NCBI GenBank assembly: GCA_964035545.1
Contig: OZ037765.1
Coordinates: 24,861,504 to 24,925,503, forward strand
Reading direction: 5' to 3'
Length of the DNA stretch: 64,000 nt
DNA from: Bugula neritina
Taxonomy: Eukaryota > Animalia > Bryozoa
Shown here: piece by piece, positions 1 to 14,900 of the stretch
Layout of the letters: the number at the start of each line of letters is the position of its first letter
Numbering within the stretch: the stretch's first letter is position 1
Notes under the pieces: generated by a model
Database searches by the model: none
What the model saw: only the letters and a program-made list of their open reading frames with translations
Told to the model about the DNA's origin: nothing
Made by a program: the position numbers and the translations under genes

Positions 1-720
1 GCTATGTTAAACTCAATTGTATAAATACAAATCATAACATTATAACTATGAACTAAAACTTATAAATACTTTTGTGACATCAAGAACACAGGAATGTTGA
101 CGCTATAGACTATAGTTATAAAAGTGCCTTTTTTGGCATTTTTTATATAATAATTATAAATATGATAACCTTTAGTTATAGCCATGAGGCTAACAATAAG
201 TGAATAACATTAATAGCAATAGTTAGAGACAGCCAGTCATACTAATACTTCTACTTAATCTTATTTGTGCTTTGTGCCCTTCAACACTTTAGTGAAGAAA
301 TTCAATTACTATATCACCATTTACCAGTATTGGCTAAAGTAATGGCAAAGACGGATTATTAGTTATTGATAATATTATTTAAATAGAGCTGAATATCATA
401 ATCAACATTGTTAGACATATACAATAACACTAATGTTAACAAACATGAATTTTAAAATAAAAATATTTAAACTTATAATCACTTAAACTTGAGGCTACAA
501 CTACTACTAATAGCAGTAATACTAGTAACAGTACTACTAATATAAGTAAAGAGTGAACTTATACTCAACCTCAATCTGTAGCACTATAAGTACTAGTAGT
601 AGCAGTAGACGTAGCACTAGTGCTACGAGTTGAGGTTAAGTATAAATATTGAATTCACCTTGTGAAAAGTGGAACACTCTGCTAACACCTACAGGCACAA
701 AATTATGAGTGCCTCTTATG

Positions 721-1722
721 TTTTTTTTTTTGAGTTTATCATATGTTGAAATAAATCTATTCTAGTATGTAGCTAAGTTTGAATATTTTAATTGTAATGT
801 ACAGGGTTTTAGCACATAGCTAAGCTAAGTTTGTGTTATGAGGTGGTATCCTCAAATATCTAATGCTTCGAGTGAGAAAACTGTTGCGAAAGGTCTGTGA
901 AGATGCAGAAATAGATGTTGGTTCTCCTCTCTTAGCAGATCAAATTTTTATTGACCAGTTTAATTTAATAGTTCATCATAAGCAAATGAAAGCGTTTTAT
1001 GGCACTCTTCATCCAAAAGTATTCTCATCAACTAAGTTAACCTGTGGTCGCTTCATCGGCTCGCAAGTTTTAATCTGTAATTCAGTGCGAGCCTCACTTA
1101 TGCCACATTTTCCTTTGAGGTTAGCAATAAACCTGGTGGCTTGATTTTGAACAGGTTTAATTTCCTCACAGGCATTTTTGATAGTTGGATCCCACAATGT
1201 GCCTGCATACTCAAGGATAGGTCTACATAGACTTAGGTAGGCAATTAATTTTGCCTTCATGGGTGCATTGTAGATCGTATGTTTGGTACAGCCAAGTATT
1301 CTGCTCGCATTGTTGACTTTAGATGTAATTTATTTGTCAAACTTCAGATCAGACTGCATGATTACACCAAGATATTTGGCCTCTCCAACTGTTTTGAGAG
1401 TGGTGTCACCAAGTGTATATAGATGGGAGGTATCATTAGTTTTTTACCAAATTAATAACCTCGCACTTATCAGTATTAAATGACATTTTTTATTCAAGTG
1501 ACCAGCTATAAAGTGAGTCTAGGTCTCTCTGAAAGGCTTGCTGTTGCATTTCATTGTTAACTTTAGCATATAGTTATATAAGTGCGTCGGCGGATATAGA
1601 CTAACTCTGCATCAAACAGATTGAAGGAGATCATTAATGTAGATTAGAAAAAGTGCTGGCCCAAGAACTGACCCTTGACTCCAGATGTTACACCTAGTTC
1701 AGATGATTCCGTCCCTTCATTC
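721..1722 (-). mobile_element. 5'-truncated, degenerate non-LTR retrotransposon (CR1/L2-like LINE) reverse transcriptase C-terminal fragment
   Basis: Minus-strand translation gives QGSVLGPALFLIYINDL (~1628-1678), a decayed YADD region, KYLGVIMQSDLKFDK, AYLSLCRPILEYAGTLWDP, VQNQATRFI and FRNSFLTRSIR, all typical CR1-clade ORF2 motifs, broken by stops and frameshifts. The T11 run at 721-731 is a likely A-tail on the element strand. Confidence 0.85.
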
Positions 1723-2556
1723 TTCAAGTTGACATTTTCCCTTTTTAACTTTTTTTCATTTTAAGATGCCTAACTTAAAAACAAAACTAAAAGTGAATCA
1801 CTGCCAATGTGTGAGTGCTACTAAATCAGCATTAGAATATGCAAAACTTCAATTAAATCAAGAGTAAAACAAAACTACTACCAGTACCTAAAGTACTAGA
1901 AGAGTACTAGAACTACTACTACTAGTACTAGCACTACTAGAAAACAAGCTAAAAGTTGGCACAATCACATGACACATGTAATAGTAATTCAGTAATTGCA
2001 TGATGTATTATTAGTATTAGTATTACTATTTCTATCAGTATTGCATTTACAGTTACAGCATTACTATTAGTTCATCATAATCGTCATGATCATGCAATTG
2101 GCATTCGCATTGCATGCGTGTAAACAGTAAAATGCAACATCAACTAACTTAAACTATCAGTATCAGCTTACATTGATTGTTGATAATTTCATAAATTTAA
2201 TGTAATTGTAAGCTTTTAAAATTTAATAAATATTATATTCATATTGATATTAACATAATGAATAAAATTTTACAACCGTGACATGAGCATTTCAAACACT
2301 GAACTAGAAATAATTATTTTCCAGTTCATTTATCTCCAAGGTAAAATTTAGCACGTGCGCCTCAATAATATTCGATTCGTCATAATAATAATATAGTATT
2401 GTCTCTATTATATCATGATCGTCCACTGGATATCGCACGGAAATGTGCAGCGATCAGAGTGGGTAAAGAGTTATGCTCCCTGTAATTTGTGCATTAATAA
2501 ATACATTATGTAGCCTTTGAGATTATTTTTATTATAATATACAAGTATTTGTGACT

Positions 2557-2581
2557 TGTGCGTGCGTGCGTGCGCGCGTGT
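2557..2581. repeat. (GTGC)n/(GC)n microsatellite
   Basis: tgtgcgtgcgtgcgtgcgcgcgtgt. Confidence 0.7.
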
Positions 2582-2992
2582 GAAATTGGTAGCAAAAGTA
2601 GCTCTCTAACACACTGTCTGAAAAAGCAAGTTCTCTCAAATATGGCACCATAATTTAAAAGGTCAAGCTATGCTAAAGTCGGCATTGTTCTTATACCTAT
2701 TCTAGATGCAGCTTTAGCAGAGCAACACCATTTGCTCATTTTCTGTAACTGAAAAAAAAACAAAGTTTGTGAATAGGAAAACTTCCATATATTATACAAC
2801 CAGGCAATCTTTACATGAAGTATAACAAGCTGGATAATTTAAAATAGAAACAGTTCGTAATTTTGCCAAATTAAATAAAAATGTTTTAAAATAAACTGAG
2901 CAATACATGTCTAAATTATAAAGCAATCGTCAAGGTCATACATATGCAATAAAAACAATCACCCCATATAATATGAAATAAACATATGGGAG

Positions 2993-5900
2993 TTATCCCA
3001 TTCTGGAATAAGGAACTGCCTTCACCAGCCATGTAAGCAGTTTACTATGAGTCAGGGTGTGTCCATACAATGGGTTGAATATTCTTTCAAGCGATTTTAT
3101 ATTTCCATGGGTAATGTCAAATGGTATCTGAAATTATATCATAGACATTAAACTAGAAGAATTTCAACAGCGAAACTCAACCAACATAGAAATATATAAA
3201 AAGATAATAGAAAAACTGACATAATTTTAATACAAAGTACTGTAGGAGAAAGTTTTTATGCTTATTTTTTGTAAGTTTAATAAATGTTTCAAGAAATATG
3301 TAGTTTAAACACTACATGCAGCCCTTAGCAGTGACTAGTGCCTGATTATCTCCAATTATTAGCTAATTTACAAAATAGCTTGAATGGAAGTTTAATATCA
3401 GGTGTTAATTTTAATTGGATAAACAGAAGTGCATAGACCTTTTGAAATATAGCATTAATTTACAACATTGCATTTATTTAATTATGTATTAATAATTAAT
3501 GTTTGTTAACATTGTATTCATTATGAGAATACATGCTTACGTATGTGCACGAATAATGACTAGTTCATTTCTAACTTATTTATTTGTTACAAAATCATGC
3601 AGTAGTATTATGTACTACACACAAATTGTTCTAGAGGGTAGTGTTGACCCTCCCTACCTTCACGAGTTCTGTTGTAAGATCAGATGGTGTTTTATCAAGT
3701 TTATCTTTTTCAGTTCGAGCTTGCTCTAACTTAGGAGTAGAAGGTTTGTTTTCCACAACAGTCCCTGTATTAGCAGATGCAAATGTCTCCACTTCCCCAG
3801 CTTCAACTTCTGGTTGCAAAGATGGCCATTCCAGACCAAAGAGCTTATAAATCTCATTCATACACTGACGCACCATTCCCTAAAAAAAATGATTGAGCAT
3901 GTAACTTATATGCATCACAACACATCAAGTTTCAAAATCTGTCAAGTTGAGCTACAGATTTTTATAGCAAATCAAATTACAAGAATTATATGTGAAATAT
4001 TGATTATAAAAACATCGAATTTTCACCTGAAACTATTGTATAACCTTCAAAATGTCACCAGACTGTGAAACAGTATATTAAAGTGATCGAAAAATTATAA
4101 CCACTTTGGATATCATTCAGATTAAAAAACACTCCACTATAATAAAATTTTGAGATTTTGTGTATGCATTGAAGTTAGATTTCCGAGAGCTATGAAAAAG
4201 TTACCCATTGTTGTATTGGGATTTTCAATTTAGTTATAGTTATTTTCTCTTGCTATTAAAGGGCGCAAAACTCTGCTCGGGTACTGTAGTGGCCTGTATG
4301 AATGTAACAAGTATAAAAGAGAGTATGTATGAGAGAGAACCGTGATTGAAGATTGGGGATTGAGGATTGAGGACAGAGAATTAAGGAGGGACAATAGAGA
4401 CAGAACTTGTGTGTATGAACGCAATAGAATGTGTTAGGGTGTGTTAGTGAGTGCTTGCCCAGGATCCTAGACTGTGTAACACCACTGGAGCTAGAGTTGC
4501 CTCAAAAGCCAAACCAAGTAACCGGAAGGCTACAACCTAATGTATTAATTGGTGAGCTCACATTAACTCCAAGGTTACAACACCTTAACCCTCAGGCTTT
4601 AGATTATCGTTTTATTAAGCTGTTGTGTCTACCAGGATCCTTTCAATCTATCATAACATTATTAGAAACTGATAGTTGGCTTACCTCAATAGCTTCATCT
4701 TTTTTCAACTTTGGTGAGACAGGTTTCAATTTAGCTGCTGACTTAGACTTAGGACCTTTACCACCAACAGAAGTGCCGGCAGATGCAGTGACAACTGAAG
4801 GTGCTCGCCGCATCACATGTGGAGCTCCCGCCCCAGAGTCTACTAATGCCATCTCCGCCTTCTGCAGTACATCTATGAGGCTGCAAAACATTTAAAGTTT
4901 CATGAGTGTTAATTTTACTTGAAGTGAGCATATAATTTCAACAAAACTTTTAGCCTATATATTTGAAATTTTTGCAAGTAGGTGGTAGGTGCATTAAAAA
5001 CCTGTCATGGAGTTCGAACAGCTGATGTTTTGGTATTTTACACAGCCCAGCATAAGACCTCATCACTCTTTTATCTGAAGAATCCTTCTTCACCAAAGCA
5101 AATAGTAAGTACACCAATCTAAAACAAATATACATAAGAGTAATAGGCAGCTGCATTAATTACTAAATTTAAGATTTTAAGGCAATGGACTGAATTAATT
5201 ACAGTCAAAGCTTTAAATATTTAAATTTGCATTTGGTTGTCATTTAATGCGGTTAATAAAATATTACCCATCAGCATGAGCTGTATCATTGCCATTGAAG
5301 ATGGGGGAATACCACTGTAATGTGACCTCATTCTCACTTGGCAGAACAGCAACAGTCTCTGTCCCTGTGTTAATTAGACTCTCAGAGGTAGCTCTTCCAA
5401 AGTCTACAACACAAAACAACAAGTACTTCACCAAAGCAAGCTGATACTTCAATAAGCCAAGTAAAATACAACATGTCTAAGTAGAATTTGGTAACAAAAA
5501 TTACAAATAGCAAAATTTACAAAATATTTGCATAAAAAAGAGTTGAGGGGTTGTGAAGAATATAAGCAGCTAAGACTAATGTCATACTAATGGAAACAAA
5601 GATGTCTACTTTATTATTGTATGGTGAAAATAAATGCAAGCTTAGAAAATTGTACATTATTTAAGCGGAGACAACTTAACACAATGCTTATCTATTACAC
5701 CATGTTTAATTAACTGTAATATGGAAGAATACCTGGAACAGGTGCTAGCTGCTGGGTGTCGGAAGTCAGCTCTGCACTGGACGTAGCTGCAAAAGTTGCT
5801 GAGTTGGCAGCATAGTCAGTACTGATAACTCTAACTAGAGGTGGCCTGAATTGTTGAGAATCACTCAACCTTGTTAGATTAGGAGCTAAGGCTTTGGGTG

Positions 5901-8900
5901 GTGCTGGTGCCACACAGTTGGATTTGTAGAACTAAAAAGCCACACATAGAACATAATTAGTATAAATAAATATGATAACATTACTATTATATGATGAACC
6001 AATTTATGCAACCTATTAGAAATACGCCTACTTTATACAAAGTTATATAAACAAGGCTAGCCAACACACTTAGATCAAGCAAAGCTTAAAATTTTAAAAA
6101 AACACATATATAGCAATGTAACCACAACTAATTTGAACTTTTTAGCTGGTACCAAATACACTTAATTCTAAAATTGCACATAAGTAAAGCACAAGATATA
6201 TGTAGTAACAGCATATATTATGTTATCACTATTAAATAAAAATAAGAGAATTGATTTACTGGTAAGTATTCATGAAAGAACATGTGATTTGCTGCTGTCC
6301 TTTGAGTGTAGAACCCGGAGAATAGCGTGTATCTGACACTTTGATCAGCACTCTGATCAGTGCTCATCGAATTGTTTGTGTGTAACACCGTCAGGCTAGA
6401 ATGGCTGGAAGCTCTCCTCAATATATTCTGATAGCCTAAAACGTAATATTAACACCACCATTATAGCAGCCTTACAGATTCTTAGAATATCTCAAGTTCA
6501 GGTAGAATTGAGCAGCATTACAAGTTGCTGGACTATGAGATGAACTAATTCAATTCTAAACCCAAATCACAGCTGAGCAGTCATCTAAATACCTCTACAG
6601 TTTTATTATTTGTAAACCACACAATTGCTGAAGACTCTCTTTGCAATTTGTATATTAAATCATTGTATTATATTTTAATGCAACAGCTAAACCGACAAGC
6701 AACGCTACCATATATATCTTCTCACTTGGTAGCATATAATCAAAGCAAGCTGCAAGCATTAATATACGAGGGCTCAGTGCTGGTTAACAATCGACCAGGA
6801 AGCCGATTGTATTACGGTGTTACTGCAATATGTAATCAACCAACACCAACCATTGTTATAGAAAATTGGCGGTAAATCATTCACGAGACATTGTATTTTA
6901 TCTAATATCTTAAGACATGTTGCCTATTTTAAAAGCAAGAAATTTTCATTTAATCAGTTATTGCATTTTGAAAATAATAAAACTCTTACCAAGGTAATGA
7001 ATCCAGTTAAGGTCAACAGTTTCTTCTTGCGCATCACACAGAATATCGTCATAAGTTCTAACTTTCTTAGGCTCCATGCTTTCAACCAGTGGGGCCATTT
7101 GTTCCTCTACCCAATCTACAATTTCCATAACATGTATAATATGGCAAGAGAGTCTACAGAATGCTTATTGTGTAGATTCGTGTTCAACATGAGATGCTTT
7201 GAGAAACCTGGAAGACCTTGATCAATCTACAATTGGACAAAATAAAACACAGTAATAATATAATAACTATACATGGCTAAATAATAAATTTATACATAAG
7301 AAAGGCATTGCGATATTTCAAACCTTTATAGACATGTCTTTGCTCTCCAATGACATAGTCGCCTAACAAGTCTAATGCCATGAACTGAGGCACATCAATC
7401 CAAGAGTCTTGAGCAGGACTTGACTTGGTAGCCGAAAGGTCTCCATTTATCTTCGCCAACGAAAGCTGACAGGAAGCAGTCTGTGCTGCACACTTTATTG
7501 CAACAAAAGCGGCAAACTTCTCTCTTTCTGGTTCACTGACAATGACTTCCTTTTGCTTTCTTCTAGAACGTTCTTTGTTTGGAGACAGTTTCTCCTTAAT
7601 TTTAAAATATAAACACATATTCAAAGCCCTATATAAATACAGCCAGAAAAATCGAACAACATGTGAACACAAATAATTCTTAAAACCTTTCAAAACAAAA
7701 CCACCAAATAAAAGTAATCAAATGTCATCAAATAAACATTTAATTACTCAATAAACAGAAACTTACTGAATATGCTGCATACAGATAAGTAGCAGCAACT
7801 AACTTATGCATATAGCGAGAGTTTTTACTAACTCTGAACCCTGAAGCCAACTAAAATATGATAGAAGCATTGAAGCACAAGCATCTTTCTTGATTAACTT
7901 TTCCTGTGATGTTTATTAATTTATATCACAGTACAGATAGTATAAATGCAGTTACAAAAACTTTGAATCAGGACTGATAAACTTGTTGTAATATATACAG
8001 TATACACAAATACATTCAAATCCTAGAGTTGCACACTAACTGTATAACAGATTATTTTAGACTTTTATAAAGCAGTAATGTATTAAATGCCTTAATAGAG
8101 TTATGCTGCCAAATGCTGAGCTAGAGCCTCAAAGTTAATTTTATAGGAGACTGGAGCAATTTTTAAAAACTGTGTAACTTTGAATCTTATTATTCTAAAG
8201 ACATGCATCTAGTATAATCTTACTTCAACTTTATGCACAGAAGAAACTACCAATGTGCAAGTAGCAGAGGGATGGTTGGTTGACAGGGAATATAACAAAG
8301 TAAACAAATCACTCAACTCCTAACATAGTAAAAATGGAAGGCATGGGAATTCAGTGTTGTTATTGTGCAGATGTTAAAGATTCACCCTGGGTAATAAGGT
8401 GTGATATATATTGTATGGTACCTCAGTAGTGATCTCAAGAATACATTCTAATACTTGGAGTTCTCCCTGTATCAAAGTTGCCAAATAGATTGTAGGAATT
8501 ATTTTTTCCTAGTAAAAAAAGAGTTCTAAAAGTTGATTTTTACAAATATTGACAACATACTGTAGTAGTGCTCACCTTTTTCTTCGGTTTAACAACTGCA
8601 GACCTCGTTGAACTCTGTGCAGTAAATCCACTAGCCAAGGAAGATGTGTCATCAAATGCTGATATGGTGTCATCTCTGTCATATGTTGCAGTCTCACTAG
8701 TGAGCTGATCCATAGACTGTGATGGTGGCACTACACCATGGGCATTCTCACTGCTGTGTAGGTAGATTAGTGCTATTTCCATATAAGCTTGCCTTATCAG
8801 ACTACAAAAAGTATCATGTCATTGCAAATAGCCAATAATTACTGCAAATAATTTTAGCATGCAGTGCCCAACAAGTGCATACTGAATAAAGTCATAAGAC

Positions 8901-11900
8901 TCACCCCAAGTCGTGATCGTGTGAGTGAGAAGACTTGATAGCACTTAATAGAGTATCGGCAGCATCTTTATAGTCAAACTTTCCAAGCAGATAGAGCTGA
9001 CGCTGGATACGTCCCAATGCCAAGTAAATCTCAGACTCAATGTGCTGCTGCTTGTTGATACATATGCTGTTCATGTGAAGGGCTGTAGTCAGCACACCCA
9101 ATGCATTGGTGAAAGTTGAAACCTTAGCATCGCCAGACATGCTAAAATGGGAAAATGTCAAAGGAACTTTTAAAAGAGCTAGCGCTTTACCATTGGAGAA
9201 ACTTTAAAGCAGGCATCAACCTTGCCCACACAATAAATTTACTATATATATATGTAAGATATTGAAAAGAATCCTTACCTGGCATCTTTAGCTGCTCGCT
9301 GAGATAGAACATGCCCTAGCCTGAGCTTCACCTGAGCAAGGAATGAAACTTGGGGAAGATATAGGTTAACCATCGGACTGACAGGTGCACTCAGTATTTC
9401 TGAGAATTTATCTGAAGCTGGGTGGTAATGCTGAATCTGATCTCCCAACAACTCCAGCTAAACAAAGAGGTTATAAAAAGTTCTAATCATTGCAAATTTT
9501 GTGTACAAGAATTTGTTTATCAGTCATTCGTGGAAATCTATACACTGCAGTAAAATGCTTGACACAGATTTAAAGCACTTTATAACTCAGAGAATTGTTT
9601 GCTCATGATTATTATTGCGAAATCCTTCCACTTTCCATCAAATATTAGTTGAGTGTACAATATAAATCACCTGTTTGAGAACACTCTTGTGAGCCAATAG
9701 ATAATGTGCTGGATTTTCCAGCATCTCAAGCTGTTGATTAGCATCTTGACTGTTTACAGCAATGAGGTCTGATAGCAGTACCAAGGCTTGTGAGTGGAGA
9801 AACAGATCATTTATAGACATCAAAGGAATTCCCTCTAACGTGTCCAACAGCTCCTGTGAGTAGAAAACCCAAAAGAAATGCACAACATTCCAAAACCACA
9901 GAATGTCAACTGAAAGCATTTTATACTTTAAACATGTAATGTAATCAGCTGTATAACATGCATAGCAATAATAATCCATCAAATCTATAAGCTCTGTAAG
10001 TGCAAATGTAATACCTGTAGCAGTGGGATAGTTTCAATCAAGCTCACACCTTCCAGAAGATTCAGCAGAATGTTTTGCATCTGAAACTCTGCCATCATGG
10101 CGGAGTCACCGCATATCTTTGACTCATACAGCCCTTCCCGGATGTACTCCCTGCAGTCCTTAATTTCAACTACAACTTTAGTTATTTTGCCTGCAAAACA
10201 AAAGTATTTACATACTACAGTGCATGTGTTCCATATTTCATGTTATTTCAGGTAACCAAAGCAACTTATTGGATACTCAGATACTATAAACTAACCCCTA
10301 AGCTGCACGAAAAGCCACAATAAACTCTGTGAGTTGATACAATTACAAGTTATACTAAATCACAATATAACACAACCATGTTCAAATCAAAGACGCCAAA
10401 TTTTAATTAAAATTTCAGCAACATGAATTTTTAATACACGATTTCAACAAACAAATTTTTACCTTTGATCAGCCCCATTCCAGAAACTTTCCTCATCAAA
10501 TTTTTTACCAAAGCAATTCTGCATTCCAGCCACAGTCTTGCATCAAGACGAGCTCGACTTTGGAAGTTTTGGTAAGCAAACTGGTTGTTCTGCTCATCAG
10601 TGACTTTAACTTCTTGCTTTATAGAGTGTCTTGTGCCTTTCATTGACGAATGTCTGTGAATAACAGTTACAAGTTACAATCAAGCAGTAAGACAGACATA
10701 AGCTTACAACTTGAGAAATTGTTGCCAATGCTCAAATAATTTAATCCTATGAAGCAGAAACACATCTAATCAAAGATTGTCTAAAGGCATGCATGGTTAT
10801 TGAAACTAATATGTAAGCAATGGTGAAATAAAGAAAGGATTAGGAGAAGACAAGATGAATAATCACATGCACATGATACAATAATTCAACAACACGTTAA
10901 ATTTGGCAAAGGAAAAATCTAGTAGGCTATAACATTCTTTTAAGAATTTCACAGAACTGTTATAGGAATTTATTATGTGTGACAAAAAAAATTGATCAAA
11001 ACCACCCACATGAATAGTTCAAGTTATCACATATATATGTACAAATCATTTGACCCATAAGAACTACTACCAATATTCATTATCCTGATGTATACAAACT
11101 TTACACCTGCAGCGGTGTTTACTTATTACCAGCTGTTTGAACGTCCAATTATTAGCAACAGTTTGAAAATGCATTATTACTTTTTAAATAAAGTTTTGAT
11201 AAAGGTGCAGCATAAAAACTATAGTTTCTACTTCTGAGTCATTTATGTTTGAAATAGTTTACGCACATAATTTTGAAAGATAAAGTTACATATTGAAATG
11301 AGATTTGGCTGTATAAATTTCATTCATAGACAAAATCATATAGGATAAGCTGCATTTGTGCTCTTTTTGCTAACTATAACATCTAAAATCTAATATAAAA
11401 GGATTGTAGACTGGATAACTCTATCTACATGTGGTACAGCATGGTGTTTCTGCTATACTTACGCAGATACATCTCTCCACTGGTGTATACTGCAACATTA
11501 TATCCATGCATTGTACATAAATGCTTAATCCTAAAGCAGCAAAACAACTAACAGTATAACTGAGTGAGTGGCCAACCACATCGCTAATCTTATACAGGGA
11601 GAATAAATTATCATTAGTAAGCCAGACTTGAACATCTTTTTCGTTTTATGAAGGAGAACTGTATCACACTTGTTTAAATAGTTTAACAAAATATTAACTA
11701 ACTTTTTCATTTCATCAGCAGAAATTGCTACAAAGTTAAATGTTATATAACATGTTAATACATTTAAAAGAAAAATATTGTATTATTGCGCAATACTAGA
11801 TCCACCTGCATTGAATGATAGCGTAGCAATACATAATGAATACGTGAAGTGTGATTCGATGCAAACAAGTAGAATGTTACATGTTCCTAACCTAGTCTGC

Positions 11901-14900
11901 TCCAGCCTACTTTTCTTTTTATCAGCAAATATTTCAACTGATTTGAGAATCTTCATTGCAGTGAATATTCCTTCAATGGCTATTCCAGCATGGTGCCTTT
12001 GTCTTGCTACGTCTCCGAGCAATAGCTTACATTGAGTAACCATCTCAAGCTCTGCAGGCTTTAGTTTATGCAGTCCTAAAAACAGCAATTTTGGTGTAAA
12101 TTAGATTATGTTTATTATTATATCTATAATGTCAACTCAAACATCTCGCTTTTCATTTTGAATTTGTATTAAAGTACTTGAACATGATGATAAATGTATT
12201 TGAATTAATAATCAATAGCTAAACTTTCACGGAAAGATTATGCAGGCAAAGGTTAGTTGGTTGCCAATTTAGTTTTAAATACATTTTGTATGAATGCAAA
12301 TTATTTAACCTTTAGAGCTACATATAGAATAGAGGGAGAAGCTGTGGTCTAGGGGTTGGAACGTTTGCCTAGTAAGCCGAAGTCATGGGTTCGAGCCTGG
12401 ACAAAGGCCTTTGGTGATGTTAGAAAGAGCATCCAGGCATAATTGTTCCTGTGCCCCATTTGAATAAGTCCTTAGCCTGATTTAAAAAACCCTTTCATCA
12501 GGGGTTTCTCATAAGGATGGTGACTGTAAACTTGCGTGAGTCAGTTTTTAACTACATATAGAACAGAATAGAAACTTAAAACTTCAACTTACCACCTTCT
12601 TGTTCAGCAGACTCAGCCAGGATATCATGCAGAGCCGAGACTATCTTTTCCCCTGTGTTTAGCAACACGGCTTTAGTGTTTTCTTTAGAAAAGGTGCCTG
12701 TCTCATCAGTGAACTTAGTAACTCTCATCTGCCTGCCTTCTCCACCCTGTTCTACTTCAGCGTCTGAGGCAAGTGCCACACTGCCAACAGCTGACCGCTG
12801 TCTTGGACCTAAATGTTTTAAGATAAAAACCACAGTATTATTTTTAGTCACAATGTATTTTGAAACCTGACATTTTAAAGTGTTTTAATAATAAGTAAAA
12901 TGTTGTGAGTTGTGTTCTCCTGAAAATGTGTTGTTAGTTTACAAAAGCGGCATTTGAATCAATATTGGTCAAAAGCATGATAATTTTGTTCTAGAATCTT
13001 AACAAAAATTTCTTACAATAAAGAAGCATTATTTAGCCAGAATCAGAGTGAGTGCAGGTTTGGCTATTTCAGAAAATAATCACTAATTAACACTTTTTGT
13101 GGTTTATACATGTTAAAATTCTCCAAAAGCAAATTTTAAAAGATAAAACACGCACCAAATATAGTAAATTAGTACAATAATATAAACAATTATGAGGAAG
13201 CATGGAATTATTGGTAAAATTAAAACAGAAAGTGAAAAAGTAACTGAAAATATGAAAAGCTTATCAACGTACTTTCACCAGTCTGAGATCCTCCTTGGGA
13301 TTTACTGTTGGGGGCGGGTTTCGTAGGTGACCCACTCAGTCGAGGTATCATGGTCAGATCTGGACCATTGGCTCCTTCTTGAACAATAGTCGTTATAGTC
13401 TTTTGCCTTACTAAATCATTTGAGTTCAAATTTTGGCTTCTGTTTGTAAATAAAAAAAACATCCTTTAATTCCAGATAACCATGATAACATGAAGAACAA
13501 AATTGTAAATCATAACAATAGTAATGGCATTAAAATAGATTTCAATAAATTATTGATACAGTTAATAAGACAAGGCTTAAATATAAGGCACTAGGTTAAA
13601 ATATATATGTATGTGCTCAGCAAAAGCTATAAGATGAAAATAATGAGTAGCTTGAGCAAGAGGTATGATAAGGCCATGGAGACCTAAGATTATATACACA
13701 GCTTTTTCTATCGGCATACAACCTAAGGACATGACTACATAAAAGCAAAGTTAGCAAATCATATAGCTTTTACCGTAAAAAATCAGCCAATACAAGTTCA
13801 AAGATCTTTTTATTTATGGCTGGCTGGTCTGCAGGCTTACTCAAGCGTTTACTAAACTTAGAACGTCGTTGTTTTGCCCCAGCTAGCATTCTAGCAAATT
13901 GCTTTCGAATTTTTTTGTCACTAAATTAGTCAAAAGGGATAAATGACAATTATTTGTTGCTACATGAAAAAAATTTGAACATAATATTTAATTGAAAATT
14001 TTTGTTTTTCTCAACAACCAGTACTTACTTGACCCGAATTGTTATATACAGCAATTAAAAAATATTTACAGGAAAGAAATCGAAAACTATATTAATACAC
14101 ATTCAACAAAATGAGGAACAAAGATTAAAAATTAGCAATTATAAGTTGTTTTTATGTAGCATAATGTGTATCAGAAGAGAAGGTTAATAAAAATAATATA
14201 CTGAGAGACTGGTAGAAACCCAAATATTCTTACTTGATGTTGTAAAATGGTATGGCAGAGATTGTATCAGCTAAGGCTATAAGAAGTTTAGCCTGAGCAA
14301 TGGACAGCTGGCAGGTGAGGTGCGGCCCGTACAGACTAGAGAGGTTTGTGGAAAGTCGTTTGTTAATAACCAAATCAACAATCTGCATAGTAATTTGAAA
14401 GATGGTTATTTATATTAAGCATGTACAGACAATTTTATAATATGATTGCTGCTAAAATACAGGTTCTAATTAATTATATAATTTGTGAGCATGAATAAAA
14501 AAATTAAGCAATAGTAAGATTGTGCAACTGAGCAATTAACCTTTAGTAATTGTTTTATCCTCAAACTCTATATTACACGATATATAATTATAACATATAA
14601 TATAATATAAATACAGTATAATATAATACAAAATAAATATAATTAAATATTATATACTCTATTTTGTATATAACAACTGATGGAAAATTAACCATTAGTG
14701 ATAGTTTTATCATCAAACTACAAGTACTATTTTGTATTTACACAAAAATGTTTAAAATGTTATAGCAAAACACAAACAAAAACCACCATAACGTAGTTGA
14801 TGTACCTTCAAATTGCTGGGTTCATACAAGGGTTTTGAGTTTTCAAACTGTATTGTTGGCATCTTGCTTTCAACTTGTCTAAAGTTGCTGTCACCAATGT

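Noticed and set aside
4431-4895. 154-aa plus-strand ORF
   Set aside because: Antisense to a CFAP54 exon plus intron; no recognisable motifs.
12334-12410. tRNA gene
   Set aside because: A and B boxes are present but there is no proper acceptor stem; it continues into a body shared with a second copy and has TSDs, so it is a SINE head.
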